Assembly (NCBI RefSeq): GCF_000002075.1
Contig: NW_004797684.1
Coordinates: 381,870-445,869, forward strand
DNA length: 64,000 nt
Direction of reading: 5' to 3'
DNA from: Aplysia californica
Lineage: Eukaryota
Positions 14,726 through 27,003 of this stretch are shown here, in pieces (position 1 is the first letter of the stretch; every line of letters begins with the position of its first letter). Both the position numbers and the translations under genes were made by a program. The notes under the pieces are model-generated. The model was not told the origin of the DNA and did not search any database. It saw only the letters and a program-made list of their open reading frames with translations.

Positions 14726-15414
14726 ACACATTGTGTCTGGGGCAGATGGGCAATCTCCCTGAAAGCCAGTTTTACAGAAGAGGTTGAAAGTGTTTTAATT
14801 AAACTATCAAAGACCACTCTAACTCAAATTTCAAGGAGATGCTTTAATGCATTTTTTCGGGGGGGGGTTCAAAATTTATTTTGATGTTGTATTTGACCCT
14901 GCTTTACAGCATAGTGAAACATCAGGTTTGAGAACATTTTGGAGTTGGCCCATTTGTGTTTGACACCATCGTTTTACGTAACTTTATGTGACTGGTACTT
15001 TGCTGATGGTTTGGACATATTTTGAAAGTGAGTCACCCAAAAAAGAAATATCGTTTTTCTGTGAAGAAAAGAAATATTGAGTTGGAGCCAAAGATGTTTG
15101 TCCAACCGGTGTTTGAATAAAAATAGTGTGTAAATGTTGTGTTAACACTTCAATTTCTTCTCTTTCAGGTTCTGTGTATTGATGAAGCAACAGCGAGCGT
15201 TGACCAGGAGACGGATTCTCTCATCCAGTCAACAATCAGGCACGAGTTCCGCAACAGCACGGTGCTCACCATCGCACACCGTGTCAACACCGTGCTGGAT
15301 AGTCAGCGCGTGCTTGTTATGAAAGACGGTCAAGTGGCCGAGTTTGCTCCCCCTGACGACTTGCTCAAAGACTCGAGCTCTCTCTTCTATCAGTTTGTCT
15401 ATGGTGGTTCTTAA
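752..15414 (+). CDS. ABCC10: ABCC10/MRP7-like ABC transporter, 3' part (10 spliced coding exons; the 5' part lies upstream of the window)
   Basis: Phase-compatible GT-AG exons 752-1000, 1901-2003, 2660-2840, 3689-3904, 4776-4903, 6792-6961, 8869-9029, 12952-13205, 13922-14165, 15169-15414. Motifs: ASRNLTDWWLAFW, FFDMTPVGRILNRFSSD, DDGLPFILNIFLA, Walker A GRTGAGKS, signature FSVGQRQLLCLARA, Walker B LCIDEATASVD, H-loop IAHR. Confidence 0.9.
1209..1391 (-). mobile_element. Short retroposon family A copy
   Basis: Matches the other family A copies; TSD CTTTTATAT (1200-1208 / 1392-1400). Confidence 0.8.
1901..2003 (+). CDS. ABCC10: ABCC10-like exon
   Basis: cctcag| acceptor, GAG|gtaaca donor; ASRNLTDWWLAFWVTHS. 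Not in the ORF track. Confidence 0.85.
2660..2840 (+). CDS. ABCC10: ABCC10-like exon
   Basis: tttcag| phase-2 acceptor, AAG|gtactg donor; FYLGIYGGLAACNSIFTLMRAFMFAYGG. Confidence 0.85.
3689..3904 (+). CDS. ABCC10: ABCC10-like exon
   Basis: APMSFFDMTPVGRILNRFSSD...; CAG|gtgagt donor. Confidence 0.92.
4776..4903 (+). CDS. ABCC10: ABCC10-like exon
   Basis: [37 protein letters not shown]; AG|gttagt donor. Confidence 0.92.
5325..5490 (+). mobile_element. Short retroposon family A copy
   Basis: GGTGGTTGG...GTGCTCTGGTGTGGTTTGC...GTAAAAC. Confidence 0.8.
6792..6961 (+). CDS. ABCC10: ABCC10-like exon
   Basis: RFCQENIVRLDMNQRAQY...WLDFRL; G|gtgaat donor. Confidence 0.9.
8010..8646. mobile_element. 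MITE-like element (imperfect TIRs)
   Basis: AGCCGCTCACAGC ... GCTGTCAGCGGCT; CpG-rich interior. Confidence 0.5.
8869..9029 (+). CDS. ABCC10: ABCC10-like exon
   Basis: GLVGLAISYAL...ETEKEFVSVER; TTT|gtgagt donor. Confidence 0.9.
9122..9303 (+). mobile_element. Short retroposon family A copy
   Basis: TSD CAGAGAAGATA (9111-9121 / 9304-9314). Confidence 0.85.
9513..9837 (-). mobile_element. tRNA-derived SINE with a CORE/V-like segment and an L2-like tail
   Basis: Minus strand: TGGCCTAGCGG A box, GGTTCG B box (disrupted), TTGTGTCCTTGGG..GGCACTT, tail GCGCTATACAAATGC plus (TAT)n; an isolated tail copy lies at about 58163-58234 (+). Confidence 0.75.
10024..10098. repeat. (CT)n microsatellite
   Basis: Read directly from the sequence. 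Confidence 0.95.
10109..12526 (+). mobile_element. 5'-truncated I-group (Ingi/I/Nimb-like) LINE: RT + RNase H + C-terminal Cys/His knuckle, (ACA)n tail
   Basis: SYRPISLTS, QAGFR, GLPQGS, YADD, YLGV, RNase H YTDGSA and VPGH...GNDRAD, CPLC...HHLFHC; in-frame stops at 10496 and 11978. Confidence 0.9.
12952..13205 (+). CDS. ABCC10: ABCC10-like exon (NBD2 Walker A)
   Basis: WPSEGVVEFEDVCLRY...GIVGRTGAGKSS; AG|gtatgt donor. Confidence 0.92.
13922..14165 (+). CDS. ABCC10: ABCC10-like exon (Q-loop, ABC signature)
   Basis: IIPQDPFLFSGTIRLNLDP...FSVGQRQLLCLARALL; AAG|gtcagg donor. Confidence 0.92.
14292..14416 (-). mobile_element. Short retroposon family A copy (partial)
   Basis: 3' two-thirds of the family A consensus. 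Confidence 0.7.
14667..14730. repeat. (CA)n microsatellite
   Basis: Read directly from the sequence. Confidence 0.95.
15169..15414 (+). CDS. ABCC10: ABCC10-like terminal coding exon
   Basis: VLCIDEATASVD...TIAHR...YGGS*; candidate AATAAA at about 15890. Confidence 0.92.
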   Translation, partial: VLCIDEATASVDQETDSLIQSTIRHEFRNSTVLTIAHRVNTVLDSQRVLVMKDGQVAEFAPPDDLLKDSSSLFYQFVYGGS

Positions 15415-15509
15415 TGTGTTCAGACGTTTTGTTCGTAATCAATGGACAAAATGACAACATTTTTATTTGCTCCATGGGATGAATTTTTACGACCTTATGA
15501 ACTCTTTAG

Positions 15510-15690
15510 GTGGGTTGTTGGCGGGTGCTCTGGTGTGGTTTGCGCCTTTTTTTCCTGTCAAACATCTGTTGTCTTTACCTCTCTTCCTCCTTTTTTGTGT
15601 TTGTTGCTCTCGTGTAACACCTCTAATCTTTGGCATTTGCAGGACTTTATTGTGTTGCAAGTGCCATAAAACTCTTTTTAAACTAAACTA
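15510..15690 (+). mobile_element. Short retroposon family A copy in the ABCC10 3' UTR
   Basis: Consensus match, starting about 95 nt after the stop codon. Confidence 0.8.
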
Positions 15691-16414
15691 GAAAGGACAT
15701 AACTAGTGGAGTTTTTTTTTTGTAAATGGCAGGAATGTGTCTTCTCTCTAGGGCTATGTTTAATAACAGTAAATTCTTATTCTTTTACTTTCATTTCCTT
15801 CATTGTTGCATAATTTGATTCGGACTACTGGGTAGAGGATATGACACTTGGTACTGTGACCACTAAAGTGTTAATTTCTCATCTATGATAATAAAGTCAT
15901 GGATCTTCTCAAGGTGTTATTCAACAGTACCAATACTGCTGACATTTGAGTGGGTGGATCCAAGTACAATTTTACCCTTCTGGGAACCGAACCTATGCCT
16001 GAGCATGCAGGAATATAAATGTAGCAGTTGACCCAAAGGTTTTGTAGGCTCAGGGGACCAAAGAGTTAGGGCCAGAGATTGTCACATTTAGACGACAGTC
16101 CAGGGGTAAAAAATCAGGCCTGAGCCAGCCTCAGTCAACACGACGAAGGAGTTGAAAAGCTTTTCACTTTTGTTTTCTCTCTGCGATGTGCAGAAGAAAT
16201 CGCGATGTTGTCTTTGGGTCTCCTGGAAGTAAGACTTCAAAGAGTTTTGTTAATCTGTTGTCTCTTGCCAATGTCTTGAACCTGTGATCACTAGTCCGGT
16301 CTATATTATATAATGTTTCACACAAAGGCAGATCTCTCTGCTTACTTGATTCAAGAGTTTCTTTGTCACTCGTCAATGGTTTTGTTCAAAGGACTCGTAT
16401 TCAACAATTTTAAT

Positions 16415-16600
16415 GTGGGTGGGTGGCAGGTGCTATGGTGTGGTTTGTTACTTCTTTCCTATCAAACATCTATCGTCTTTATCTCTCCTTCTACTTTTCT
16501 TTGTATGTTACTCTCTAGTAACAACTCGTAATTGTCAGCGCTTATGTTTATATGACCTATTTATGTTGCAGGTGCCATGAACCTCTTACTAAAACTTAAC
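16415..16600 (+). mobile_element. Short retroposon family A copy
   Basis: Consensus match. Confidence 0.8.
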
Positions 16601-18034
16601 TAACAGTTTTGTTAGAATCAACTTTTCCAATTACATGATGCACAGAATAATCATCTCAATGTCTAACATTTTTTTTAACATCTACATCCTACAATTGTTT
16701 ATAACACAAGTTGTACTGATTTTTTTCTTTTACCTTTAGACGAAGGCACAAAAGTGATATTCTTTTTTCCTCTCCCCTGTTAAAAAAAAAGATTTTCCAG
16801 CTTGCAGTCAATCTGTATTCTTGGTACTACATGCCTTTGTGGGTTTTTTCCCCTCTGTCTTTCTCCACAGACCTTCAAATGGGTAACCTGGAGCTGGATC
16901 CTTGATCTTAACACTTTTTTACTTAGAATTGATGTTTTTCTCTCTCCACAACACATAAACGATGATGCTAAACTGAAACACTGAAAAATTTTTAGTAAAA
17001 AATTCTTCCAGTTGCAGGATTTATTCCTGCAAATGTTGCTTTTTTTTTAAAGGGCAATCCATGGGGAAGACACCTGAAAAATCACTGATCTGGTGATAAA
17101 ATTTATGAAGAACACTGTCATGAAAAGTTTTAACCCTACACCTATGAAATTTTTACTGCATAATGTTTCCATAAATATCCCGGTACTGACAAAGGCATTT
17201 GGCTTGAAAAATTATAAATAATTTAGGGGAAAAAATATACAGCGGATAAAATGTTTTGCTTTTACCATTAAAAAAAACAATGCATAAAAACCACTGAAAC
17301 TGAAAACTGGCTCTGAGCATAGCTACCTCTCATTAAGTGACATGATATTCCTACATGTCACTGATGCACATTATCTGATCTCATTGCTCATTCCATCTTT
17401 GTGTTGCTTTGGCACTTAAAACACACATAGCTACCTCTTCCGTATTCTTTTGGAACTGAGCTTCAACAAACTTGTGAGCCTTACTTTTAATAAATTTGTT
17501 GTCCGTCTTGGAAGGAGTGCAGATTTCGAAATGCATTTATTTAGAAGCCAGTCAAAATTTTAAAAAGTAGTACAGTTATTAGTGTTATGTTGCTTGAGCA
17601 GCGAAAAAGTCAATTTTTGGAACTGCAGTACATTATTGTTTGAAAATTATCCCCGAATATTGAAGTCAAATTTATGTTAAAATCTATTAAAATTTATTTC
17701 TGGTTGTATCAATGTCTGTACATGATGTACTTAACCCTTTATTTTCACTTTGGTTTTGTGATATACTTTTTGGTACATAGTAAGGATGTTTCAATTTCTG
17801 TGGAAGTTGCTCTAATGAAAAAGTTTTCTTTTATACTTTTTATGATTTAAAGTACTGGTCTTACAGATTTTACAGGGTTTACAACGGAACATTATTGTCC
17901 ATCAGAAAAGTGAGTTTGCAATACAAGGAGAAGTAGAACTGCAGTACAATTGTTTCTACAAAGCTAGCTGTCCCCGAATAACACATAGAGTTCAGTTCAA
18001 TGTGTATGAGGCTCTTCTACAATCACCCATTCTA

Positions 18035-18283
18035 TACTCTGCCGTAAGCTGACAATTCGCAGCAGTTTCGAGAAAAAAGAGTGGGCTTTTTTAGTCAGCG
18101 TAACCATTTAAAAATAGAGTGATTCCGAAATTTGAATTCTAATTTATTAAAAAACTAGTCACAGTTTCACTTGGATTTTTTCACACAAGTACGGTAACTG
18201 ATCAGTTCGATTTAGCAAATAATTAATTTTAGGTGCCAAAATGAAGAAGGCGTTTTGTCACTATTGTCAGCTTACGCCAGTAC
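18035..18283. mobile_element. MITE
   Basis: TIR core CGTAAGCTGACAAT ... ATTGTCAGCTTACG. Confidence 0.7.
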
Positions 18284-20341
18284 TATGGTGAATGTTTCAA
18301 GACTGCAATAGCGAAACATTTACTCCTCTTGTCATCGCTATTGAAAGTCTTGGACTCTTGTTTATGATTTAGGACTATTGTCATAAATTGTGCTGTGAAT
18401 CGTTCTCTCCTTTTTTTTTTCATTGTCTTATGTTCAGAATATACATCTTTTTTATCATCTCTATAATTGTTCCTGTTTGCTGCTGAACAGCATCTTTATT
18501 AAATGGGGTTTTGCAATGTATTAAGTATTTTTATTTTGCTTAGGTTATGATATATGATGATTGTGCACAGAATTGTCCCTGAGCATGCAGAGTCAAAGAA
18601 GAAGATCATTTTTAAAATGATCCAGGTTGTTTTGATGTCGATGGAAAGCATTTACAATCATATTCAGACAGGAAGTGCCAATATTTTCAGTAACAGGACT
18701 ATGTCAAACCAATTGCTGGAATTAGATACTTTACATTCTTGGGAGTTGTTAAGAATGAACCTAAAGAGAAAGAAATGATCACAGGTTGCCAGATTACATG
18801 TCTGTGATTACTGTTATTGCCATATTTTGTGTTGTGTAATATATGAATCTCTAATTTTGCATGTAACTGTTTAGTCTCCCATGTTCTTTGATCACGTGGA
18901 TATGATGTTGGGTAGTCCAAATATTACCTAACACTTTTTCTTGTGATTACCACTTATGTTTTGTATGTATTTTGCTTGGAACATTTCATCAGCAATGTTG
19001 CTTGTTCACTGAGTATACCCAATAGTCACATTAAGCTGTGTGTATGACGGTGTCAACGAGTTCCTTGTTTTTGTGCAATATAACACCAAAGACACCTCTG
19101 CTTAGATGTTTTGCATTATATGAATGCTGAAAAACATAAGAAATCATTTGCTTTTTGTGCTGCATTATAAAATGCTTAATACTAAGTAAAAGTATATTTT
19201 GCATGCAAAAAAAATCAAGTAACATATTTTCTCTTGTTGCCATAAAATATTTATTCTGCACTTGGTACACTCACTCATATTTATAGTGAGATAACATTTA
19301 TATATGCTTGTATTATTGATGTCTGTGTATGGTAGAATATTTCTGCCGTATGGTTTTTAACATCATTGATACCATTGACAAGTCTGTATTCAGAAGAGGT
19401 CAGAGACTGTATTACTTCTATTATGTGGTCAGCAAAAAGGCACCTCTTGGATGCCCATAAGATGCTTATCCTAGCAAATTGATCCCATCTACCTGGAGAT
19501 CAAATCTAAGGAATTCTTTAGGGGGGAAAAGCCTAATTTGTTTCTGGACCACTTGTATGGGAGCAAGAAATTGAACTGGATACTTTGTAGTGAGAGAGAG
19601 AAAAATAGAACACGTACTGGGCAGAATTGTTTCAGCACATAACACGTGTATTTATGTCCCTTTCTTGCATGTATGCATGAGTGCACGCTGCCATTGTAAA
19701 CGACCTAGACAAATTTCTCCCTGAGAGATGCATAAAGATTGTCATTGTATTTGTCTTTGCCAAGCATTAAACGTCTTGACGCGTGATTGTTTTGTCATTG
19801 TAAGCGTTTAATAAGAAATAAGTCAGTGCAACAGTGAGCATTTTATTCATACATAGATAGTCTCTCCCTTTCTTGTTTTCAAAAGAGGATAATTTTTTTT
19901 TAACTTAAAGCTCAGTCAATGTGACTCCAGTGGTGAAATTAAATCTGTCAACAATTTCCCTGAAATTCCTACAGGCAACATTCAACATGACTACATTCTA
20001 TAATGTTTATTCTTTGTTCCTTGCTCTTTCTATCAGCTCTTATCTATGTACAGGTGGAATCTTTGAGGAAAGGGTAATCTCCAAAGCAAACATTTAAAAC
20101 TTCCATTAACTACAGACTCAGAAATACGGTGATCTGTAACATATTAATTCAGTGTTGTAGATACCTGTCAGAAGCAGAACAGAGGTATCTGTGGTGTAGT
20201 GTTTGGTGTTTCACAGTAGCATGCAGATCACCTAAGTTCGATTCTGGTGTCATGAAAGTTTTTATCGAGTATCTCTGTCTTTTTTTGCTAGAATGTTGTA
20301 TCCCTCTCAGCACAGGTTCCCTGGCATGCAAAGTTGAAGCC

Positions 20342-20707
20342 ACCCCACGGGGTGGTGCTACTGATTGAAGTGTCTTTAGGCCATTCCCAAAGGGGGGACA
20401 TTAACCATGTTTGTAATTGTAAATGGGCTGATTAATCTATGTCATGCTCATAACTGTGCCTGAAATGCAACAGGGAACTACTGCTTTTTCTTTCCTAATC
20501 CTTACTATCGTCATTTTTCCTCTACTTCTTTTGTACGTTTGTCACACTCTTGTGACCCGTTTTTTACGGGGTGCCTCGATAGTCGAAGCAAGAGAGGTGA
20601 GCAGAGTAAGCCTGATTCCCTGAAAGGACTTCTCTGTTGACATCCACCCTTTGGCGCTCATATGACCTTATGCAGTTGCGAGCACTGTAAAACCTCTACT
20701 AAAACTA
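20342..20707 (+). mobile_element. Short retroposon family B copy
   Basis: TSD AAAGTTGAAGCC (20330-20341 / 20708-20719); shared tail. Confidence 0.85.
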
Positions 20708-22612
20708 AAAGTTGAAGCCGGCGTTTTAAATAATCTAAATTGTGTCAATCCTGGGGTAAGTCACTAACAAAAGTAACATTTGTATTTCTAAAGAGGCTTG
20801 AGCCAAGCTCTGTAGGTCTGCAAGTGTATCTGATTTATGCTTATTTCCTCATATGTGTTTGTTTTGTTATGGGTTGATTTTCGCACTGCTCAACATTGTT
20901 GAAGAATTAATTTGTTACCTGTTGATTTATTGGAATATTAAGTAGATGTTGATTATATCTCTTTCTTAATCCTGACTCAGCACAATCACTTTCCACCTTT
21001 ATATTCCTGAAGGATAATGAACATCAGCAGTCATCTTAAATACATGAATATGTAGTGGAATAACATAAGTGACAGCATATTTTTTATAGGATAAAATATT
21101 TGGGATGATCAATTTCTTGTTCATCCTTATTTGTTGCTGCTCATTTTTTTTTTTATCCACAATGCTATCTTGTCGTATCATCTATGTATATGTTACCTCT
21201 TTATTTTGCAAAAGATTAAGATGAGTATGCAGAAAATAAAAACAGTATTGGCAGTTAATTCTTTTTTTTTTTTTATAGATCTGTATGGGTTTGTTTTTTT
21301 TAATCACGATACTAGATTCAAATGCTGAATCATACCTTTTTAATATTTCTTTTTGAATTTCATAATTGCAGTGGCAAATAGGCATGGATGGACAAAGTAG
21401 TGTCTTGGATAAATGAACTTTTGTTTACTTTTTTACTCTTTGCCTGAATGTTGTCGAATGTGATGAGTCTTGTGGACACTTCACGTACATGTGGCGCAGT
21501 ACGGATGGTGGTCTCAGGCTTCACTTTGCTATCCGTGCCTGTTTGGAGTTTTGATGGTGCTGTTTAGTATTTGAAAAGTAAGAAATTTAATGGTACTGTT
21601 TTGTATGGGAAGTTACTTGTTACATTATTCTCAAAGCAGCTTTAAAGTGCAAAGACACAGCATTTTAACATATGTTATGATGAGCTGTGTATTTTGTTGC
21701 TTTTTATTTTAATAATCTGTATTCCCCTCCACACATTATGTCCCTCCATTTGGGAATAGATAGTTTATTTATTTTGGTGACGCTCTCTTCTTTGCATAAT
21801 TTACCCAAGTTGCCTCAATAGATTATTTCTGTAGGAAACACTTTTTGCTGATATTTAACCCTTTTTACTGTTAAGAATTACGGTAGAATTTTGATTAGAA
21901 GTGCATAATCAAAATATGTATTATAATAACAAGAAGTTTAAAGTGGGTGTCTTTACATCTTCCAACTGCTTTTATAACTACTATAAATTTATACTGTTGT
22001 GTTCATATACACAATATCATACTGAGTGGTGTTTTCACTGCTAGAATTGATTTATATAGAAAACACTTAGGTCCTTATTTTTTGTTTTGTCAATATGTGT
22101 GGACGACATCTTGATCTCTTCAGTTTAAGACCAGCAGAGTCTTTACTTCTTTATGTTTTGGCTTTACTTTTTTTTTTTTTTTGGGGGGAGGGGGGGTTTA
22201 TAATTCTCCCCTGTCATTTTGTTGAATATCTTCTGGATGATGTTGTCAGTTGCTTTGTTTACTGCTGGCCAATGGTAAATCATGTATCGTTTGTTGGAAA
22301 ATTTTCGAGGGTCTTCCGTGGATAACTGGGTTTTACAAGCATGTCCAAGTATGTCCTGATGGGAATATATCTTTTTCTACAAAAGGGATAAGTTGGAGAA
22401 GCATTTTGTTATAACTGGCAGGGAAAATGGTAGAGGTTCCATATTACTTTTTTTGTTGTATGTTTCAGTATATAGCACTGTAGCTTATAACAGGTGTGTT
22501 TTTATACTTACCTATATTTGTGTTTTGTAATTATGACATGATAACGATTTAACACACCTTAACCACAATATGGTTTGAAAGAAGACGGGATGTCCAATTT
22601 TACATCTGCCTC

Positions 22613-22890
22613 CATATGTGTCGGAACGAGGTGGAATCAGGCGCGTGTCAATTTTTGGGCATATCGAGTTATTAGTATCAACTGAAAATTAAATTTTTTG
22701 TGTCTTTAATCAACGTTTAAAAAAAAAAGTAAAATCCACACAGAAATGTGGGTTTTTTTTACATGTACATAAAACATGTTGAGCTAAAAAGTTGTTTTTT
22801 TTTAATGACCAAAACTGGAGGGAAAATGCCGGTATCTTTAATTTCATTATTTTGGCGAGCACCTAATTTTACCACGATGCCTCACATATA
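22613..22890. mobile_element. MITE with ATAT flanks (second copy at 38477-38918 in the opposite orientation)
   Basis: Shared GGTGGAATCAGGC..GTCAATTTT.GGGCAT end; imperfect TIRs. Confidence 0.65.
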
Positions 22891-23849
22891 TGGACCCACT
22901 AAGGGGGGGGGGGATAACCATGCAAACAGTTATGTATCCCAGATTCCAGAGAGGAAAAGAAATATACAGCAGGACTTATCAAGGAAATCAGGAGCTTGTT
23001 TAATTGGGATTTAGATTTGTTTGTGTATGTGTGCATGCATGCATCATTGCATGCATGTGTATTTTTGTGTTTGTGAGCCTTTTTGTGTGTCTGTAATGTT
23101 AAATGCATGCATGCATCTTTGTGTGCATGAAATGGGGTAGAGGGTTTCAATTATATGTTCATATTTCATACATTTTCTGTCGCTCCTCCATATTTGAGGG
23201 GGTTTTTTCCCCCTCCAATTTTGTTGTGGTGATTGGTCTTGTTGTCCGACTGCATTTGTTTGGTTTTTTGTATTGTTTGGGGTGTTTTTTCTGGTGTCTC
23301 GTTGTCAAACAGTTTAATGAAATGGCTCTGAGAAATAAACAATGTAAAAATAAGGATGATGTTGTATTTTGTTTTAATTCTTTACTTCTTCATTTCTGTA
23401 GTTCTGAAATCTTTGCTTTGTGCTTCTCTTCCCCCCCCCCCCCCTGAACCAACAGTCTTCAGCTGAATTTGATTCTAATGTTTTCCTCTTGCTCCCACCA
23501 ATTTGTTAAATGCTGTAAAAAGACGACCAAATTTTTCAACACAGCAGACAAAATGGGATGCCCTTTACTCATCATACACCTCCTATTAAGCACTACAAGC
23601 TATTAAGAGTAGTACTGGTGCAAAGGCTGCAATCAGTTGGGATCAACCACACATGCAACTCTTCCCAGTAGAAAAAGTAGTAGTTTTTGTTAAGTTGTTT
23701 ATTGTCATCCCTATCTTTTTAGCCTTTTCATGGAGCAAGAAGTTGAACTAGTGAGGAAGACAAAGAGAGCAGAAATGAGTCCGAATTGGAGGTCTCAACA
23801 TAATACCTTAGATATTATCGATGATACGGCACTCTGAACAACTTCATCT

Positions 23850-26800
23850 TTCCCGTAAAACAAAAAGCAGCTACAAAAATATCAACAGCAAAAGCAACAC
23901 GTCTGCCAGTTCTGGAAGATGGATGACCTTTATCACAGAGGAGAGGAGAGAATATGGAGTGTAGAATGACGCAGGGTGGTGAAAGCCGAAAGGAAGCCAC
24001 CAAACCTCCTGTCGACCAGAAGAACCACCAGACTTGGCACCTGGAATGTTCGTACAATATACGAGGCAGGGAAGGCACTGCAGGTTGCAAGAGAGATGGA
24101 GGCCTACCAACTGGACATATTGGGTCTCTGTGAGACGAGATGGACGAATGCAGAGGAGTGTCAACTTGCTTATGGGGAAACAGTTCTCTACTCTGGACAT
24201 CTGGAGGAAAACTCGCTGCATACAGAAGGAGTAGGTATTCTGTTATCAACACACGCCCAGCGGGCTTTGATAGGATGGAAAGCCGAGGGCCCGCGACTAA
24301 TATCACCTGAATTCCGTTCACAGAAGAAAGACATCAACCTTCATGTTATCCAGGGATATTCCCCCACCAATGATAAGGGCCAGGATGTGAATGAGACGTT
24401 CTACAAAATGCTACAAAATACTATTAATCAGGTTAGAAGGAAGGACATCTTGATTTTAATGGGAGACTTCAAAGCTAAGGTAGGCAGTGACAATGTAGGC
24501 TTTGAGGAAGTCATGGGGAAACACGGACTTGGAGTCAGAAACGAGAATGGAGAACTATTTGCAGATATATGTGCAACGAATGTGCTCATGATAGGAGGGA
24601 CTGTTTTCCCACATAAACAGATACACAAATCAACATGAGTGTCGCCAGACCAACAAACTGAAAACCAGATTGACCACATATGTGTCCCCGTAGGATCATG
24701 CGATTGTGCGGCCGCGCGTTTTTTCGCGTAATTCTGCAACATTTGCATAATTTTGGATTATCCGTGTTTTTTCACGTTTTTTTCTTCTTTTTTTCACAAA
24801 ACAGTTAGTTAACGCCTCGGCATGTGACTAAGGGGACGTAATCACCGCAATAAGTCTCATTGAAGTGAAAAGTTGGTTATTTCCCTTGTTAGAAGATCTT
24901 GGTTATGGGTTGTGATTTTGTTCCTTGAGCATGTTCAATTTTTCAATCCATCAAAAGTTGTTGCTCTTATGTCTGCTGATGTTTCTTGTTTGACAGGTGT
25001 CACTGGTTTTAGTAATGTGCCAGCCTCAGAGGTCCAGATGTCCTTTTTTTTTTTTTTTTTTTTACATGTTTCTTTCTTCTATAGATCTAGATCTAGATCT
25101 ACAGCTGAAAGTTACAGAGATTATTTTTTATTTTTTAAGAATTATTTTTGATTTTAAATACTGATGTGTATTGTTTTCTTTTCCAAATACACAACAAATT
25201 ACTGATACTGATATGTTCTGTTTTCAATTTTCCTGTACATAAAACATGAAAATCATGAAACTTCGTGTTGAAAAAGTGCAAAACATGTCGCGAATGGTGT
25301 TACGGTAACTTGCATAATTTTTGCATAATTTTGCTTTTTTGTGCACAATTTGGCCTTCTAAATTTGCATAATTCTACGGGGACAGACATATGTGTCAATA
25401 AGAAATTTAGGGGATCAATAAGGGATGTTAGAGTTTACAGGGGCGCAGACGTAGCTTCGGACCATCATCTGCTTATTTCAACAATCCGGCTAAAGCTAAA
25501 GCGAAGACAGGGAATTGTCAATAATAATAGGTACCGGTACAACATGGAATTTCTGAGACAGCCATCGTCAAGAGAGGAATTTAATGTAGCAGTTAAGAAC
25601 AGGTTCCAATTGTTGGAAACACTAGGCGAGGGTAGCAGCGTGGAAGAAACATGAGAGGCAATAAAAGAAGGCTGGACCGCTGTGTGTCAAGAGGTACTGG
25701 GGAAACGGAAACGTGAGCACAAGCCTTGGATATCGGCCACCACTCTGAGGAAGATAGAAGACAGGAAAAAGAAAAAGGATAAGGTAAACAGGAGCAAGAC
25801 AAGAACAGCCAAAGCAAAGGCCCAAGAAGAATACACCAAAGCAATGAAGGAGGTAAAAGTCAGCGTATGGAAAGACAAAAGAAACTATGTACGATGACCC
25901 AGCGCGCGAGGCTGAGGAAGCATCAGTGGCAGGAAACATTACATAAGAGGACTGTATGAAACATCAAGAAGATGTATGAGGGAATAAGTTGCAGTGTCTT
26001 ACTTGGAGGGCAACGGACAGACTCGTTTGAAGTGAATACAGGAGTGAGACAGGGATGCCTGCTATCGCCTTTTCTCTTTTTATTAGCAGTGGATTGGATA
26101 ATGAGACAGACAACATCGGGACAACGCGGTGGCATACAGTGGACCCTTTCCAGTCAGTTGGAAGACTTAATTAGACTTTGCCGATGACTTGGCACTTTTT
26201 TCTCACAGTCGAGCCCAGATGCATGCAACAGAAAACAGATCGCCTCAGGACCTTCTCTCGTAGTGTTGGACTCCATATTCACACGGATAAAACGAAAGTT
26301 CTACGAATGAATGCACCCGACGTTCCTATCACACTGCAAGGGGCACCATTGGCGGATGTTGAATCCCTCACCTACCTAGGAAGTGTCATCAAAAAGGCAG
26401 GGGGAACAGACGAAGACATCAAGGTCAAAATGCAAAAGGCAAAAGCAGCTTTCATCATTCTCAGGAATATATGGATGTCTAAGGAACTGGGATTGAACAC
26501 CGAGCTGAGGATCTTCAAAACAAACGTGAAGACTGTTTTACTGTATGGTTCAGAGACATGGAGGCTCACAGCATCAGCAGCAAGGATACTGCAGAGCTTC
26601 GTAAATGGATGCCTGCGAAGGATAGTGGGGATCAAGTGGTACGATCGAGTCACTAATGCTCAACTGTGGGAAAGAACAAGCCAAAGGCCAGTAAAAGAAG
26701 ACATACAGGTGAAGAAATGGAAATGGATTGGATACACCCTGAGGAGACCCCCGACAAGCATCATCAGACAGGCTTTAACGTGGAACCCACAAGGAAAACG

Positions 26801-26940
26801 TAAGATGACATGGAGGCGAGCGGTACAAGCGGAAATTGAAAAAGCGGGGACATCATGGAAACAGATAGAAAATGATGCTCAGGACAGGATTCGCTAGAGT
26901 AATGCTGTTGATGGCCTGTGCTCCACTGGGAGTTAAAAAG

Positions 26941-26942
<2 letters not shown>
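23850..26942 (+). mobile_element. Degenerate RTE-clade LINE (AP endonuclease + partial RT), (GA)n at the 3' end
   Basis: RLGTWNVRT, GDFKAKVG, ENQIDHICV, GADVASDHHL, GVRQGCLLSP, YLGS, LLYGSETW; stops, frameshifts, an internal deletion near 25970, and an insertion at 24683-25384. Confidence 0.9.
24683..25384. mobile_element. Non-autonomous TIR DNA transposon nested in the RTE endonuclease
   Basis: TIR TGTCCCCGTAG...CTACGGGGACA; ACATAT(GTGTC) duplicated at both flanks; removing it restores DHICVNKKF. Confidence 0.85.
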
Positions 26943-26987
<45 letters not shown>

Positions 26988-27003
26988 AGAAAGAGAGAGA
27001 GAG
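26943..27003. repeat. (GA)n microsatellite at the RTE 3' end
   Basis: Read directly from the sequence. Confidence 0.95.
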
